Of a DNA stretch of 64,000 nt, positions 1-16,227 are shown one piece after another. The number at the start of each line of letters is the position of its first letter. The stretch's first letter is position 1. Source of the DNA: Eledone cirrhosa (lineage: Eukaryota); NCBI GenBank assembly GCA_964016885.1, contig OZ024749.1, forward strand, positions 45,260,001 through 45,324,000, given 5' to 3'. The notes below the pieces were generated by a model, which did no database searches, was not told the DNA's origin, and saw nothing but the letters and a program-made list of their open reading frames with translations. The translations under genes and the position numbers were made by a program.

Positions 1-168
1 GAAGTTTCCTGATGATTTCATTAGAAATCATCAGGAGTTTCCTGATGATTTCTAATGAATGAAACAGTTCTAGTCCTGTAGAATCTCATCTATATTAAAA
101 CTGTTATACTCTGCTATGTATTGAGTACCTTACTTACTGTGGTTACCTCCGATTCAACCCGGAATAAC

Positions 169-169
<1 letters not shown>
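1..169 (+). mobile_element. Hammerhead-bearing short retro-element, family H2, with 5' fold-back; 3' end fused to (TA)n; may extend beyond the window start
   Basis: 40-160 aligns by eye to the reverse complement of 54911-55033. Alternating inverted repeats: 7-19/24-36 and 17-36/40-59. Runs into (TA)n at 170. Confidence 0.7.
35..87 (+). ncRNA. Type I hammerhead ribozyme motif (H2)
   Basis: Stem I gagtttc(35-41)/gaatctc(81-87), 6 of 7 paired. Core CTGATGA 42-48. Stem II ttc/gaa. GAA 61-63. Stem III ACAG/CTGT with loop ttctagtc. GUA triplet, predicted cut after 80. Confidence 0.65.
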
Positions 170-257
<88 letters not shown>

Positions 258-303
258 TATATGGATTGGATGCATATATCTATATACTTACATATATACA
301 TAC

Positions 304-366
<63 letters not shown>

Positions 367-395
367 ATGTATGTATGTATATATATATTTATATT
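170..395. repeat. (TA)n microsatellite, interrupted
   Basis: Direct reading. Confidence 0.95.
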
Positions 396-430
396 TGCCT
401 GCATAAGTTTGAGGTTTTGAATTTCCCTTC

Positions 431-493
431 AGAATGACATGTTTCCGTATGTCCCACATTAGTAGTTTGGATAAGTCCCTTTCATCGTATCCT
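431..493 (-). ncRNA. Degenerate hammerhead-like motif
   Basis: Minus strand: aggat-ACGATGA-(~35 nt)-GAA-ACATGT-C-attct. Palindromic stem III, GUC triplet, 5-bp stem I, but C3 and U4 of the core are altered. Confidence 0.4.
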
Positions 494-524
494 CGGTTTC
501 ACCAATAAACTTTGAATTGACGGA

Positions 525-594
<70 letters not shown>

Positions 595-1014
595 TTGCTT
601 GGCGTGTCATAATTATCTGTGTTTGTTTACCTGTATTAAACCGGTATCGTGTTAAAAACTATCACCTAGCTATTTGATATATATAGACGGATAAAATAAA
701 CCAGTGGTGTAGATTCGTTCGGTGGAAATAGTTTTATGCGGTGCCACAGCATGGCCGCAGGTCAAATATTTAAACCAGCAACGTAAGGTAATATAGCTAG
801 ATGGATAAATACATGCTTTACAGATAGATACTACGTAGAGTTAGTCGGGAAAGTGAGAGAGATGGGTAGAGAAACGGTCACTTTGAAGGTAAAATGTTGA
901 TGGATAAATGTGAATGTGGTAGAGATACTTTTATAGTGATATATAGAAAATAGAAAAATTAAACAATCTACGTTGAGCATTATGTAAAGTGTGAAATATA
1001 GGGAAAGAATAACA

Positions 1015-1226
1015 AACAGAGGGAGAGAGAGAGAGTGAAAGAATTAGGAAGAGAAAGAGAGGGAAGCATAGATGAAGTAGAAAGTGTATTATATACATAT
1101 GTAGAAAGACAGATATTTATATATGATTATTGTAACTGAGAGAAATAGAGATAGGCTAATATATTGATAGAGAGAAGGAGATATGAATAGATAGATAGAG
1201 AGACACATAGGTAGAGAGATACGTAA

Positions 1227-1283
<57 letters not shown>

Positions 1284-2031
1284 GAAAGGGATAGAGAGAT
1301 AGTGAGATATCTAGAGAGATAAACGAATAGAGGGAACGAGAGATAGAGATTTGTATTTGGAATCACCAAAATAAAGATGGAAATTAATAAGAAAGAAACG
1401 TAAAGAGAGAGTGTTATACAGAAAATGGGAGATGTAAACATGTTAGCTTATGTGAGAAGATCAGAGAGCTGAACTTGATAGAAGAGAACGAAAGAGGGAG
1501 CTATATATAGATAGATACATAGATCGAGAGAGGGAGAAAGAGACAGTATGAGAAAGCCCGCGCTACAAAATATATATATTGGAAGAGAGAGATTGAGACA
1601 GTAACAAAGATAGATGGGGAGACAGCGATAGTTATATATACATGAAGAGAGAGATTGAGAGATATAAGGAGAGAGAGAGATAGAGAGAGAGAGTGAGAGA
1701 AAGAAAGAGAGAGTGAGAGAGAGAGAGCGAAAGAGAGAGATGGGTTATAGAAAGATATAACTTTACACCACAAATGTGGCTATAGTTTATAGGAGAGGCG
1801 AATCTGATGGAAAGGCAGATAGTAATTAATGAGGGAGAAAACGAGAAAGCGAGTAAGATAGAGAGTGCTTTCGTGTATATATATGGAGGGAAAATATTTA
1901 AAAAAGAGACAGAGACATAGGAATAGAGAGAAAGATAGATCTAGATGTAAATTTAAAGTGTAAGTACTGGGAGCAATATTAAAGATATGAAAGAGAGCAG
2001 AGAGAAACAAAGAGAGAACGAGACAGGAGAG

Positions 2032-2100
<69 letters not shown>

Positions 2101-2400
2101 ATGGGGGAGGGAGGGAATATATATAAATAAGAGGTAGAGAGAGAGAAATGAGAGATAGAGAGATAGAAATGAGAGATTTAGATGAAAATTTAAAGCGAAA
2201 GAACTAAGTGACGGGGGGTGTTTAGTGTTTTTATCTATCTATCTATTTTTAGAGAGATAGTGTAAGAGAAAAAGAAAAAAGTGAGTGAGAAAATGAACTA
2301 GCGAGTGACAGAGTAAGAGTATGAGAGAGAAAGAGTAGAAAGAATGAAAGATTGAGAAGGAGAGAAATAGATAAGCAGTATTGCAGTAGTGGGAGTTGTT
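1015..2400 (+). repeat. Purine-rich GA/GATA low-complexity domain, including (GATA)n ~1228-1282 and (GA)n ~2039-2096
   Basis: Direct reading; strong purine bias on the + strand. Confidence 0.9.
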
Positions 2401-2564
2401 AGCTAGTAGCGAGAGCAGTGAAACGAAGACACCTTCCTCATAGATATCTTCCCTTCCCACTCTTACACTACTGCTGCTTTACTATCTCCTCCTCCTCCTC
2501 CTTCTTCTTCTTCTAACACACAGCACCCACCTCCTCTTCCTCCAACCCCTTCCCAACCCTCTAT

Positions 2565-2890
2565 TCTGACGTCAGATGATGATTGGCAGGCTTCTCTAAG
2601 TCATCCACTAGCCGTGCATTGAGGTGAAAATGTAATCGTTGCAAGCCTTGGCTGACTCTATCCACCACAGTTTGCTATGACTTGCGCTGAGTGGGCCATA
2701 TAGATTAGATTTATTCATCCGCAGAGCCCGCAATACAATAGACTAGACCAGCATTAAGCTCCGCCCATCAAGCCTTTAGCTACTTGAAGATCGACGCCAG
2801 CCTACATCACTTTACATTGTTTAATACCAGTAACTGAACGAAATTAGCATCTATCAAATCTGCCAGAACGAGGTCGGCTCTCATTGGTTA
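2565..2890 (+). promoter_or_regulatory. Putative SoxB1 proximal promoter
   Basis: CRE TGACGTCA 2567-2574 within the 12-bp palindrome TCTGACGTCAGA. Inverted CCAAT boxes (ATTGG) at 2582 and 2883. GC box CTCCGCCC 2759-2766. Sox-type sites ACAATAG (~2735) and CATTGTT (2815-2821). Non-repetitive and directly upstream of the CDS; TSS not determinable. Confidence 0.6.
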
Positions 2891-3005
2891 AACGCGGTGT
2901 CTACTTTCCGCTCTGCAATCAATAACACATGGGGAGACAGCTGAAATAAGCAAAAGAGCGTTAGTTATCAGTTGTTATAGACGTATGTGTTTGGACTCTT
3001 CTTAA

Positions 3006-3998
<993 letters not shown>

Positions 3999-4227
3999 GA
4001 CAAGACACTCGCTCCAGGACCTATCACAAGGTATGGAATTCACTATGTACAGCCCCACCCCCCTCTATTCACACACAAACACACTCTTGGGGTAGGCCCT
4101 AAATGTACTTTTTTTTTTGGATCGTTATTTTCATTTAAGATCCAACAAATTCCGTTTCTCTTGTGCGAAAAAGCGAGCGCGCTTGAGAAATATGAGACAT
4201 ACTGGTTAACATGAAGTAACCCACACG

Positions 4228-4233
4228 AATAAA
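4228..4233 (+). terminator. First candidate polyadenylation signal (AATAAA) after SoxB1
   Basis: Hexamer 230 nt after the stop codon; usage unknown, and later hexamers exist. Confidence 0.3.
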
Positions 4234-4258
4234 CGAAAGAATTTATAGGAAATCTTTA

Positions 4259-4325
<67 letters not shown>

Positions 4326-4823
4326 TATATGATATGCTTGTATGGGATATATGGGGTTGTGTGGCCAAAAATCACGAATTGACATACATGCTGGAGTTGA
4401 ATTGTAAAAAAAATAACACCAACCACGAAAACTGTGCGAGATAGATTGAAAGAAATATACAGAGAGAGAGAGAGAGAAAGAAATGGAGAGAAAGAAAGAG
4501 ACAGAGAGAAGCGTTTATGATGGTGATAATGACAAATATAATAACATCAAACAGAAACAACAACAACAAAAAAAAAAAACGATAAATGTAACTCCGAACA
4601 CAGACTCTTTGAAAAAAAAAATATCATGATAACAATGATAATTCTCAGAATGGTAAACATAAACATACACCAAAATACAAAATACAAAACAAACAAAAAA
4701 AAAATAATAAACAAAAAACAGGAACGATTATCTGAAAACTGGACAGTACGAACTCAAATACAAACAAAACAAAATTATTAAAAAGGATGTATGTATGATT
4801 TTTTATTTTGATTTATTTCATTA

Positions 4824-4927
<104 letters not shown>

Positions 4928-5470
4928 TTTTTTTTTTCACAAATCTAATCTTCGTGAGTTCATATCCCCTTCCTAAGAATGTTTACTTTTTTTTTTTCAT
5001 TTATTATTTATATATTTTAAAAAAATACATTATAATCAGTTCGATATTTTTTTTTATGTTTCATTGCAAAAGCAAGATCAATCTAAGGTATCATAACATA
5101 AGAAGATGGGGTGAGGTTTTGGGAAAAAGAAAAGCAAAGACTCACAAACAAAAGCAAGAATATAGTGATAATTATAATGGCAAAACTATTTATCCTATAA
5201 AGTCGTACACACATGTATATATACATAAACATTATACATACATACTTACATACATACATACGTATATACTGCTGAGCCCTTCAATCCCTTTCATCAACAA
5301 TAAGGTGTATATTTATATTTCTTCCCGCTCCCTTATACTTCTTACGCACACTAACACCTAGATATAAATAAATACGCACATACAAGTGTGGGTATATACA
5401 CATGCGCGAGTGTTCTTGTGCGTGTGTGTATGTGTGTATGAGTATCTACTATATTTATAGAAATATAGGA

Positions 5471-5577
<107 letters not shown>

Positions 5578-6858
5578 ATATATATATATAAATAAATATA
5601 TATATATATATATAATCATTTTATTTCTAAATAGAACTTAATTTTTAATAGATATCAATTTTAAATTTTTAACAACTAGTTGTTTAAAATACCATTTAAT
5701 AATACAACGTATGTTTTATTTTATCGACATTATGATTGGTATCATGAATTATTTTTCACACTAAATGTTCTCCCATCACAGACAAAGATTTTTTTTACTG
5801 CCCCGTAACATGTAAGCATTTCTTGTTTTCCAAGCTGTTCATCTAACTTATTACAACCCTAATTTTTTAGGGCTTTCATTAAAAACAAATAGTTTTAAAG
5901 AAGTCAATACTTTAAGTGAAGGTGTAATTCACAATTTGACAAAACGCAATTAATCACACACACATACATATTGTATACGTGTAGGAGCTATTTCTGACTC
6001 ACAAACTTATATAGCACAAACAATGTCCATAAGTTAACACATACAACATAGATATATAAATGTATGTTGTATGTGTGTGTGTGTGTATGTATGTATAAAC
6101 ACACATTATCCTCTTTATGAGACTTTTCGTCCAAATCCTCCAGTTGGTATTTCATTTGTCTTAATTTTATTTCGTAAGAAATCTATTTCTGGATTGGTTG
6201 GGAGAAAGAATAAAAATATTTTGCTTAGCTGGGTTTAATTCACACACACACATACACACATACACACATACACACATACACAGGTTTTATCTGAACTAAA
6301 GGCAACATATTGGAAATTTTCTAGATGGTAGAAGGGAATAAGGTATAGAAGAAAATCTGGACAGTTTTTATTATTATTATTATTATTATTTTGCGGGATT
6401 CGTATTCGTACTTTATATCCGGCTGCTTAATTTCACGATCCCACCTGCCTCCTTGCATAAAATAGGTTGAAAGTAAATCAGCCGACTACTACAATACCTA
6501 TCTAACGATCATACTCTCTATTTTTCGCTATATATACATATGTCGTCTTTCTCCCGTTTAAACCATAAACACTACCTACCTGTTTTCCCCACAGCTCTTT
6601 CCTACTACTAACATCACCACGACTACCACTTTTCCCACACATTCAGGTAAAAATAACGGAAGTCCTACCAACCTATTTAGAATATTGCCTTGCTTACCTA
6701 TCGTTTTTGTAAGCATTATTACTGCTACCACTACCACACTACACTAATCAACATGTACCATAGCTACGCACACACTCACCTATCTAACTGCTTGCTTTCC
6801 TTGCCTGGCTGGCTGGCTGGCAACCAGTGAACTAACACACAGACACAGACGCACTCAG

Positions 6859-6928
<70 letters not shown>

Positions 6929-7246
6929 GTCTGTGTACGTGTATATACATACACATTATATCCAGCTACCAATTGATACACACGTCTAGAAAGGTAGCAA
7001 CGAAATGATAGTCAACTCAAACAAGTCTTTTTAGATGGGGAAAGCTTAAAGTTCATTCCTCGTCTTGCGGGATTTAATTGTTTATCTTAAAATATTCTGG
7101 AATTGTAAAGTTTCAGATTAAAAAAAAGCTTGAAAATAATAATAATCATAAAATGTATCAAAGCAAATAAAATAGTAAACGGCCAAATATCATAAACTGA
7201 ATATCATAATATCATAAAAGCCCAACTCGGCAATATTATTATTTTT

Positions 7247-7421
7247 GGTGGACTGGCAGTATCGGTAGAGTGTCGGACGCCATGCTTTGACGCATAGAGT
7301 TACGGCCCTTGCTATTCTGAGTTCAAATCCCGCCGAGGTTAACTTTGCCTTTCATCCTTACGGGGTCGATAAAATAAAGTACCAGTAATGCTGGCCTTGT
7401 GCCAAAAGTAGAAACAATTAT
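7247..7421 (+). mobile_element. tRNA-derived SINE, young family S1
   Basis: A-box-like TGGCAGTATCGGTAG, B-box GAGTTCAAATCC, core GCCTTTCATCCTTACGGGGTCGATAAAATAAAGTACCAG, tail GAAACAATTATT; many near-identical copies in the window. Confidence 0.9.
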
Positions 7422-7503
7422 TGTTTTTATTATCATAATTCACAGGAGTTCTAGGGACGAACAATATGCCGATATTACAAACCATTATTATTATATTTAT
7501 TGG

Positions 7504-7695
7504 TAAGGCCTGTGTATTCGCGGACATTTTAATGCGTCGGAGAAAATATTTTGCAGTTCATTAAATTCTGAGCTCAAATAACATCTGGTCGATAAATTAA
7601 AATACCAGTCAAACATGGGGCTGGTTTAATCGACACCTCTCCCCACAAAAACGAATACTTTGGGCCTTGTACCTCAATCAGAAAGCATTATTATA
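7504..7695 (+). mobile_element. Older diverged SINE related to S1
   Basis: ttctgagctcaaat...ggtcgataaattaaaataccag...ggccttgtacc. Similar relics near 11408-11620, 12090-12290, 14150-14260, 17540-17790, 19160-19325, 56080-56298, 58535-58665(-) and 62600-62740. Confidence 0.65.
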
Positions 7696-8090
7696 TAAAT
7701 CATCATTAAGGGAGAAATCCTGGTGTATTTTTTTTTTGAGCAGTTTTGTAGGAAAGCTAATAGAGAAAATTATTATAAGATATGTATGCGAGTTAATTTA
7801 CAAGATTAACCATCCACTCTCTCAATCACTCTCTATCTCTTTCTCCGCGACATTCGAATCCATTATCGCACATAAACTCCGATCTAATTAACCGGCACTG
7901 GTCATTGTATAAAATGGATTGAATTTGGAAAAGAAAAAAAATCAAAACAAAGAAATAAAATGAAATACAACTAACCAAATGTATAATATGAAATTATATA
8001 TAAATGAAGTTAAAAGGAAACGGTATGCATCTGACTAAAATGAATTTTTAACAACATATCTACCACCAAACCAAGTTAATATGTATACAT

Positions 8091-8134
<44 letters not shown>

Positions 8135-8581
8135 CCAGGACTTGAAAGTCAAATGTAAGATCAAAACGAAATGACACATTTAAAAAAAGATAACATATAA
8201 TACAACAGAAACAACCAAGGAAAAAGAAAGCAACCTTGTCTCAAACGAGGATTTCATATTATGGATTGCTGTTGTCTATTTAATACTAGACAATTATCTT
8301 TTTTTAATACAACAGAAATAAAAACAACCTTGTCTCAAGCAAATTACACAAACCTCTTCCATATTATTTTTTATTATTATTATGATTATTATTACAAGTA
8401 TTATTGTTATTACAGATACCGCAGTTTAAAATACCCCCCCTTATTTTATTATTTAAATTGCCTAGAAATTTGGGGAAAGCTCATGTATATATACATGTAT
8501 GTATACATACTTCTATATAAACATATATACATTTGAGTATACATATGTGTAAAATATATACATATGCACACATATACATGA

Positions 8582-8622
<41 letters not shown>

Positions 8623-9893
8623 GACTGGACATTGCTATGCGCACTTAATATTCAAGATTTTTTTCCTTATAACAAAATCAGACAAATTAAGGGATACTAG
8701 GGACAGTATATCCTTACAATTCTCCCATTTTCCATAGTGAAGAATTCTTTCCGAAAACTATATAGAGTTTTCTAAACGTGTTTGGATAAATTCTGTTCAG
8801 CCAACCAAATTTCCATAGCCATCCACTATAAATACATATCCATCTGACTGATGCCTCAACTAAACGAAATCTTTAACTTTTGTAAATATTGTAGGATATC
8901 CATTCATCATTGAATCTTTCTAAAATATATTATTTTGTTTTTCATACTTGGAAAAATAACATCTAAAATCCTTCGACTTTTAACAAAAACACATTCATAA
9001 ATTTTTTTCATAAACATTTAAAATTATATAAAATATAAATATATCTAGCGATGTCAGATCTTAACTTAGAGGATGGCGCTGATGTGGGTGTATCTATATG
9101 ATGATGATGATAATAATGATATAACAATAATAATATCCAACATCATCATTATTATTAAACAGTCAAATAAAACAATTCATTCACATTTTGTGATTCTCAA
9201 TTATTTTTTTTTTTTATATACAAATAAGCACACCTTTCTTTTTTTTTTTATTGAGGAGTATCATTTTCAAACTTTTATCCATTTAATATATATTCACAGA
9301 ACTGAAGTTGATGCTAATAAGTGTCCAGCCTCTTAAGGAGTGATTCCAAAATATACTCATCATCTCTATAATATACTGGGGAAAATATTTATTATAGTTT
9401 ATCAGATTCAGAAGAGAAACAAAAATAGCACTAAATACAAATTAGGAATTTACTAAAATAATTAAAATAATTTCGGCGCAGGAGGATGCTTCCCTTTTGT
9501 TTAACATACACCAAGCATTAATTTACTTGCTCAATATTGTATGTAAACAATCTACAAGAGATGGCTCACATGAACTTTTAAGAATATATTTCGATGCATT
9601 TCATGAAACTTAATAACTAGTCCAACACAACATATTAACTTCTACATATGCTGTTTATTTTTGGTATTTATTAGATCTCAATTCTATTCCATTTCTGTTG
9701 TTGTTATTTTATTCATATATTTTGTTGTTTATCCATATTTGTGACATCTTTTATGTCACTGACCACAGTTGTTTTTATTTTTATTTAAAAAAATTAATTA
9801 AACTTGGTGCTCTATATAAAATAAATGTTATATATACATATATAAATGAGATTGCATATTGGAAAATCCTGCACACACACACAGACACACACA

Positions 9894-9962
<69 letters not shown>

Positions 9963-9978
9963 TTATTAAAATACAGAT

Positions 9979-10015
<37 letters not shown>

Positions 10016-10524
10016 ATATGTCATTTATTTCATATGGAGAATTGGGAAAAATAAATAGTACAGGAAGGACAGAACACATTTGCCCCTTTCTACGGTACAT
10101 GTAGTTACACATTCACATATATTTACAAAGCATATGTTGATCAGAAACATTACTCATATATTCTATGCAGTGAGTTGAAAATTGGGACTCATGAATACGA
10201 AACGAACTTTTTAACCACCACTTGGTAGTTCCGGCGCCCATGCCTTATGGAAGGCCACCAGATGGACAGTACCTTTAATTCAAACGACCAAAACTGTCAC
10301 ATTGGTCCACATTAATTCTGCATGAAGTATAAGTTACGAATACACATAGTCAGTAAAATATGAAGCTAGTTATATTAAATTTCAATAAATAGGCAGTCCT
10401 GCTGACAAAGTATCCCGAGAACACCTTTCGCACGATATGGCCGTACTGTTAGGATAAGAGAGGAGTAATAATCTGTTTCCATTTCAGTCAATTATTCATT
10501 TTAATTATTGTAGCAAAGGTCATT

Positions 10525-10562
<38 letters not shown>

Positions 10563-10564
10563 TA

Positions 10565-10736
10565 TGGGTTAATTCCTAATGAGGGTCGGGAGGTGTCCAG
10601 TTACAAAATGTACTCGGTACATTGGTAGTGTATAGGCATCATTACTTTATACAGAAATGATATCTAAAAGACTATAACTGCTTCATCACTATGAAATCAT
10701 CATGGGTAAACAGTTCTAGTCCTGTAGATGTTGTTT

Positions 10737-10742
<6 letters not shown>
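10565..10742. mobile_element. Decayed head-to-head fold-back of family H2, between (TA)n tracts
   Basis: Left part on minus strand: atgatga-tttcatagtgat-gaagcagttatagtcttttagatatcatttct. Right part on plus strand: aaacagttctagtcctgtagatgttgtttctata. Both match 42-97. Confidence 0.6.
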
Positions 10743-10773
<31 letters not shown>

Positions 10774-11340
10774 TGACACACATAACCTTTCTTCCATGGA
10801 ATCCCAAAATTGAAATGCTTATTCTATGCTTACATTATTAGGTTAATGTATTTAGTTTTCTTAAACATTGGTCATTTTATAGCTCTTAAGTAATATATAT
10901 ATGCTCTTTCAATCTTATACTATGTAACTGAAAACAATTGGTTTACCAATACAAATTACTTTAGTCACACCCCTATACTCTATAAAATTTTGTATAGGTT
11001 ATATGGAATCATAAGTTTATGTATAATAGACATACATAAGTCTCGTTGCGGGTATGGTAAGCTATGATCATGTCACACCTAATCCAATACCCCCGCGCTA
11101 CAGAAAATTTGGTGTTCTCACACGGCTATAACAGGATCATAAAGAAACTTATGTATATTTGTTATACATTACCATATTCTTCTTTAAGCATATGTATTAT
11201 GAATTACGCTGTGTTAGTACTAGAGCATACATACACACACACATATATATATATATGTACATATGTATATATACGCACACAAACATCACCGATGCCAACT
11301 CAACATAGTATTCATCTATGTGAAAACATTATTATATTAT

Positions 11341-11400
11341 AAGTACCAGTAATGTACTGGGTATTTGCTGGCCTTGTGCCGAAAGTAGAAACAATTATTA
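11341..11400 (+). mobile_element. SINE S1, 3' fragment
   Basis: aagtaccagtaatgtactggg...ggccttgtgccgaaagtagaaacaatta. Confidence 0.8.
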
Positions 11401-12805
11401 TATTATAAGGTTGCGGGTTTTCAGACTCGCTCGAATAAGCAGTCACAAACTTCGTTCTTTTGCATTTTGAGTTCTAATCTTGTCGGACTTGACTTTACCT
11501 TTCATCTCTTCACGGCCGATGAAATAATTAGCAGTGAAAAACTGAGATCAATATAATCGATTGTCACCGCCACACCGAAAAATGCCTGGCTGTGTGCCTG
11601 TATTAGAAATTCACATTATTATTTATAACAACGTTGGTGCTGGACAAAATAGTCAATGACTAAACGGATTGATTTTTAATGATGTCAGACTAGATTTGAA
11701 CTCAGAACACTGGGTTAACAATTTTTACTGCTCTCCTGATTTTTCCGTCTATAGCACTATTTCTATGGGATGGAGTTGGTTTACTGGGAAATATTTCATA
11801 CTTAAAGGGAACAGTAGTTACTTTCATTAAACAGAAAATTCGCGTTATTTGTCGATTTCACGTCATCACACCTCAGATAAAACGCACATCCTTCTAGAGT
11901 ATTGCTGATGTTTAAAGTTTTATACTGCTATATTTCTATGTAATACTCATTGATTGTTAGTTCCACTTCAGCCCTGATTGAGCAGACATTATGATCAAAT
12001 CCCTGCGTATACTGTACCTAAAGAAATAACAACACTATGGACCCATTAGTTTGAAATGAGTTTGGTTCATGAGAAGTTTGGTTCAAAATAATTGGGAGGG
12101 TGTCAGATAAAATGGTTTCTGCGCTATTTGTTCTAGATATTTACAATCTGAAATATTGTCCTGCCGAGATCAACTTTACCGCTTCTCTTTCGCAGTTGTT
12201 TAACTAATGTACCAGCCAAATACTGCGGATGATTTAATGAGCTTTAATTCTCCCCTAAAACTTGCCCCTCTTTGCCTAAATTTGTGTTTTAATTCTAAAT
12301 TTTGAACAAAACAAGAAAGAGAACCTTGCTGAAATTACACGAAATTTAAGATACATAAAAATACATTATTATTTATTTTTAGATATAAGTGAAACTAAAA
12401 TTGGACGGTTCGTTTCCCATAACTACTCAATGGTTTTGCTAAAAATAAAAAAAAGGTACACAGACATACACACACATAGATTACATTATTTCTTTCAGTT
12501 AAAGTATTTCATGTATATATACTGAACACCGTTAGTGCGCCAGTGTAGTTTACGAATCGAATTTCTGTCCTCAGTTGCTTTCGCTTAAGGCGCTTACATA
12601 CATAGTCCAATATATTTCATTCGCTTTATTAATACTGTCTGAAATATATTAGTCATTCAGTGGATTCTGTGTGAGTATAAAGACGGGTTACCTTATAAAA
12701 AGACATTTATTGGAAGTGTTTGATACATAATCCATAATATGTACTTATTTCTAGATATAACCACAAAGATTATATATTGTAATGTAAGTAATAACGGCGG
12801 GAAAG

Positions 12806-12847
<42 letters not shown>

Positions 12848-13268
12848 ACAATGTTTACATTATATAGCAGGCGGTAAGGTGCGTTTAATCAGGATTGTAT
12901 CTATATTGATTATATTGTCCGTAATGTTTGAAACATTGCTCTTCGATCTCAATTTACTTGTATTTAATTATTCCATTGCTCAAAACAATCATGTTTAGCA
13001 TAGAAATCCAAGTCCTTTTAATACCAAGGGAAACTAAATATTTTTGATCTTGCTATTTTTATTCATTAAAAATATGTATAAAAGTTCCACGTTTCCTATA
13101 TGAGTAGAGGATTTTTATAATTATAATTAAATATTTGCAAATTGCTACGATTAAAGAAAAGCTGATGAAATAAGAAAACTGAATACTAAAGTATTTTGAA
13201 ATATAGAATTAGAAAAGTAGAATGAAAAATTCTTGCAGTGATTATAATATATTATTTGGTCTTATCTA

Positions 13269-13785
<517 letters not shown>

Positions 13786-14635
13786 GGGGGGATATTATGA
13801 CAATAAAATATTTCATAATCGACGTTCGCAAAACGTAATTTTTATTATAATTTTTAGCATACAATTTATAACATACGTTATTATACTTTAAATGAAATAC
13901 GTTGTTGCTACTTCATCCTGCTTTCTCACATTGGATGCTCGAAGTTGTATATATTCCTAAGTAGCTAATTGGTTAAGAAATGTTTCTAGAGTTGGCTTCT
14001 TCTCCTAAAGTAAATGTTACATGTTTATATGTCTCGTTTGGCGTGTAATTAGGTAATGTTTGCTAGTATGTGTGTTTTTACTTGTGATCAAGATTTAATT
14101 GACGTTAGTGAACACGGGTAAACATATGAAATACTGTATAAAATGGTATAGCGATAGTTTGACAGAAACCTTAGAGCATCTTGCGGTATTTGGTTACCAT
14201 TTCTGGTCTGAGTTCCAACACAGCGGGGGTCTACTTTGCCTGTCATACCTTCGAGGATGATTTATTTACCACACCATATAAATATAATAGAATATATATA
14301 TATATATAGTTTCAGTGTGAGACATCGACCTTCCAATTACATGTAATACACAATGGGTATATGCGCACATATACAAGAAATGATATTATAAGATTCCGCG
14401 ACCAGGCCTAAAATAAAAAAAATTACGTCATGTACACCAGTAGTTAAATAGAAAGTATCTCTATTCCATATTCGTAAGACTCCTGTTTATATAATTTAAA
14501 TATTTAAATGTATAAATGAATAATCTATTAAAATACATTCAGCAAAGATGTGTAACGTTTCTTAAGCAAGTTGAATAACAACTCTAACTTAACAGTATAC
14601 TTTAACCAAACAGATTAAATAGTGCCTATTATATT

Positions 14636-14790
14636 CACCATGCTTTGACGCATAGAGTTACGGCCCTTGTCATTCTGAGTTCAAATCCCGCCGGGGTTAA
14701 CTTTGCCTTTCATCCTTACGGGGTCGATAAAATAAAGTACCAGTAATGTACTAGGTATTTGCGGCCTTGTGCCTAAAATAGAAAGAATTA
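14636..14790 (+). mobile_element. SINE S1, 5'-truncated
   Basis: Near-identical to the corresponding part of 7247-7421. Confidence 0.88.
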
Positions 14791-14975
14791 TATTTAATTC
14801 GAAAGATATTCTTTTTTTGAATATATAACTATCAATCTTTCCTTTTAACGTATCACTTGCTCTTCTATTAGAATTAAAAGAATAAGAAAATATATATTTG
14901 CAAATATATATTTATGGCATATGGATATGTACATAGATGTACGTACAAACGTGTATACATACATACATATGTGTG

Positions 14976-15044
<69 letters not shown>

Positions 15045-16073
15045 TGTGTGTCTGTTTGTTAAAACCTTAGATATTAACTGAATAAACACCTGTCCATACT
15101 TAAAACTAGCTCTCTTAATCAAGCCGCGTTCTCTCTCCCACCATCCTTCTCCTTTCCTAAGCTTTTTTTTTATACTTCTTTTGCAGGGATTGGGAGGAAG
15201 AAATAAATGGTATAGAGGACAGTAGTTTGATGGTAACTCTGGGACTTGAAATAACAAATCTGATTAAAGCAGTTAAAAAAAAATTATAAAAATTACAATG
15301 TAAATCAACACAAGCCTGATACTATGAACTACAACAAAAATAAAAAAAGAACATTTCATAAAAAAAAGCTATTGTTAATTTCTTTATATACATTTTGTTT
15401 GTCTCTTCATTTAATATCATGAATACATGAGAGGAGATATATATAGGGAGGGATCTTCTGGACTTAAATCAGTTTAATGCATCCAGTTATCTTTCTTCTC
15501 CCACAACTAACATCGAACCAGCTTCATGCTTACGGGCGTATCTATACTGTCTCTCAACCAACTAGAAATAGCAGCAGAAATTCTTCAGATCTCACCCGAC
15601 TCTCCTGAAACAAGGAAATATATATTGAACACATTATTCAATCATTCCAATGGCTAAGGGAATTAATAATTTTCATAATATATCTGCTCAATCAACGTTA
15701 ATCTGGATCTAAACACAAACTATGGTTTTAAACTTGCCCACAATTGCCCACAACATATCAATTTAAACGTGAAATATCATAGTAGATAGAGCTAACGCAT
15801 AAGGTAAATTTGGATTAGGGAATTATCAGGTCAAATCCGTTGCATTTCAAAATATTTCAAAATATTTCGCACATATTCGAGTTCAGCTTCTTGTTAGGAA
15901 TCGAATATATATAAGGTAATCGAAAGTTAGCAGGGATTTACTGATAGAATTATTTCCTTTCAAATTCATTATTGTCATGAAACTTGAGTTAAACCTCATC
16001 TCACAGTGTGAATGAGACTTTAAATAAATTAATATTTTTCACAAACAAAGAAATGCCGATGCGCTAAACCTGG

Positions 16074-16124
<51 letters not shown>

Positions 16125-16170
16125 TAAATATATATAGTTTTCCAGTTCACCACTATACTGAGTCTTTGTC

Positions 16171-16227
<57 letters not shown>

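Noticed and set aside
7247-7335. tRNA genes suggested by A/B boxes
   Set aside because: No cloverleaf; the boxes are heads of dispersed SINE copies with TSDs
13162-13190. Other CTGANGA hits (13162, 12568-, 18665-, 32640, 41021-)
   Set aside because: No compatible stems or GAAA-UH arrangement
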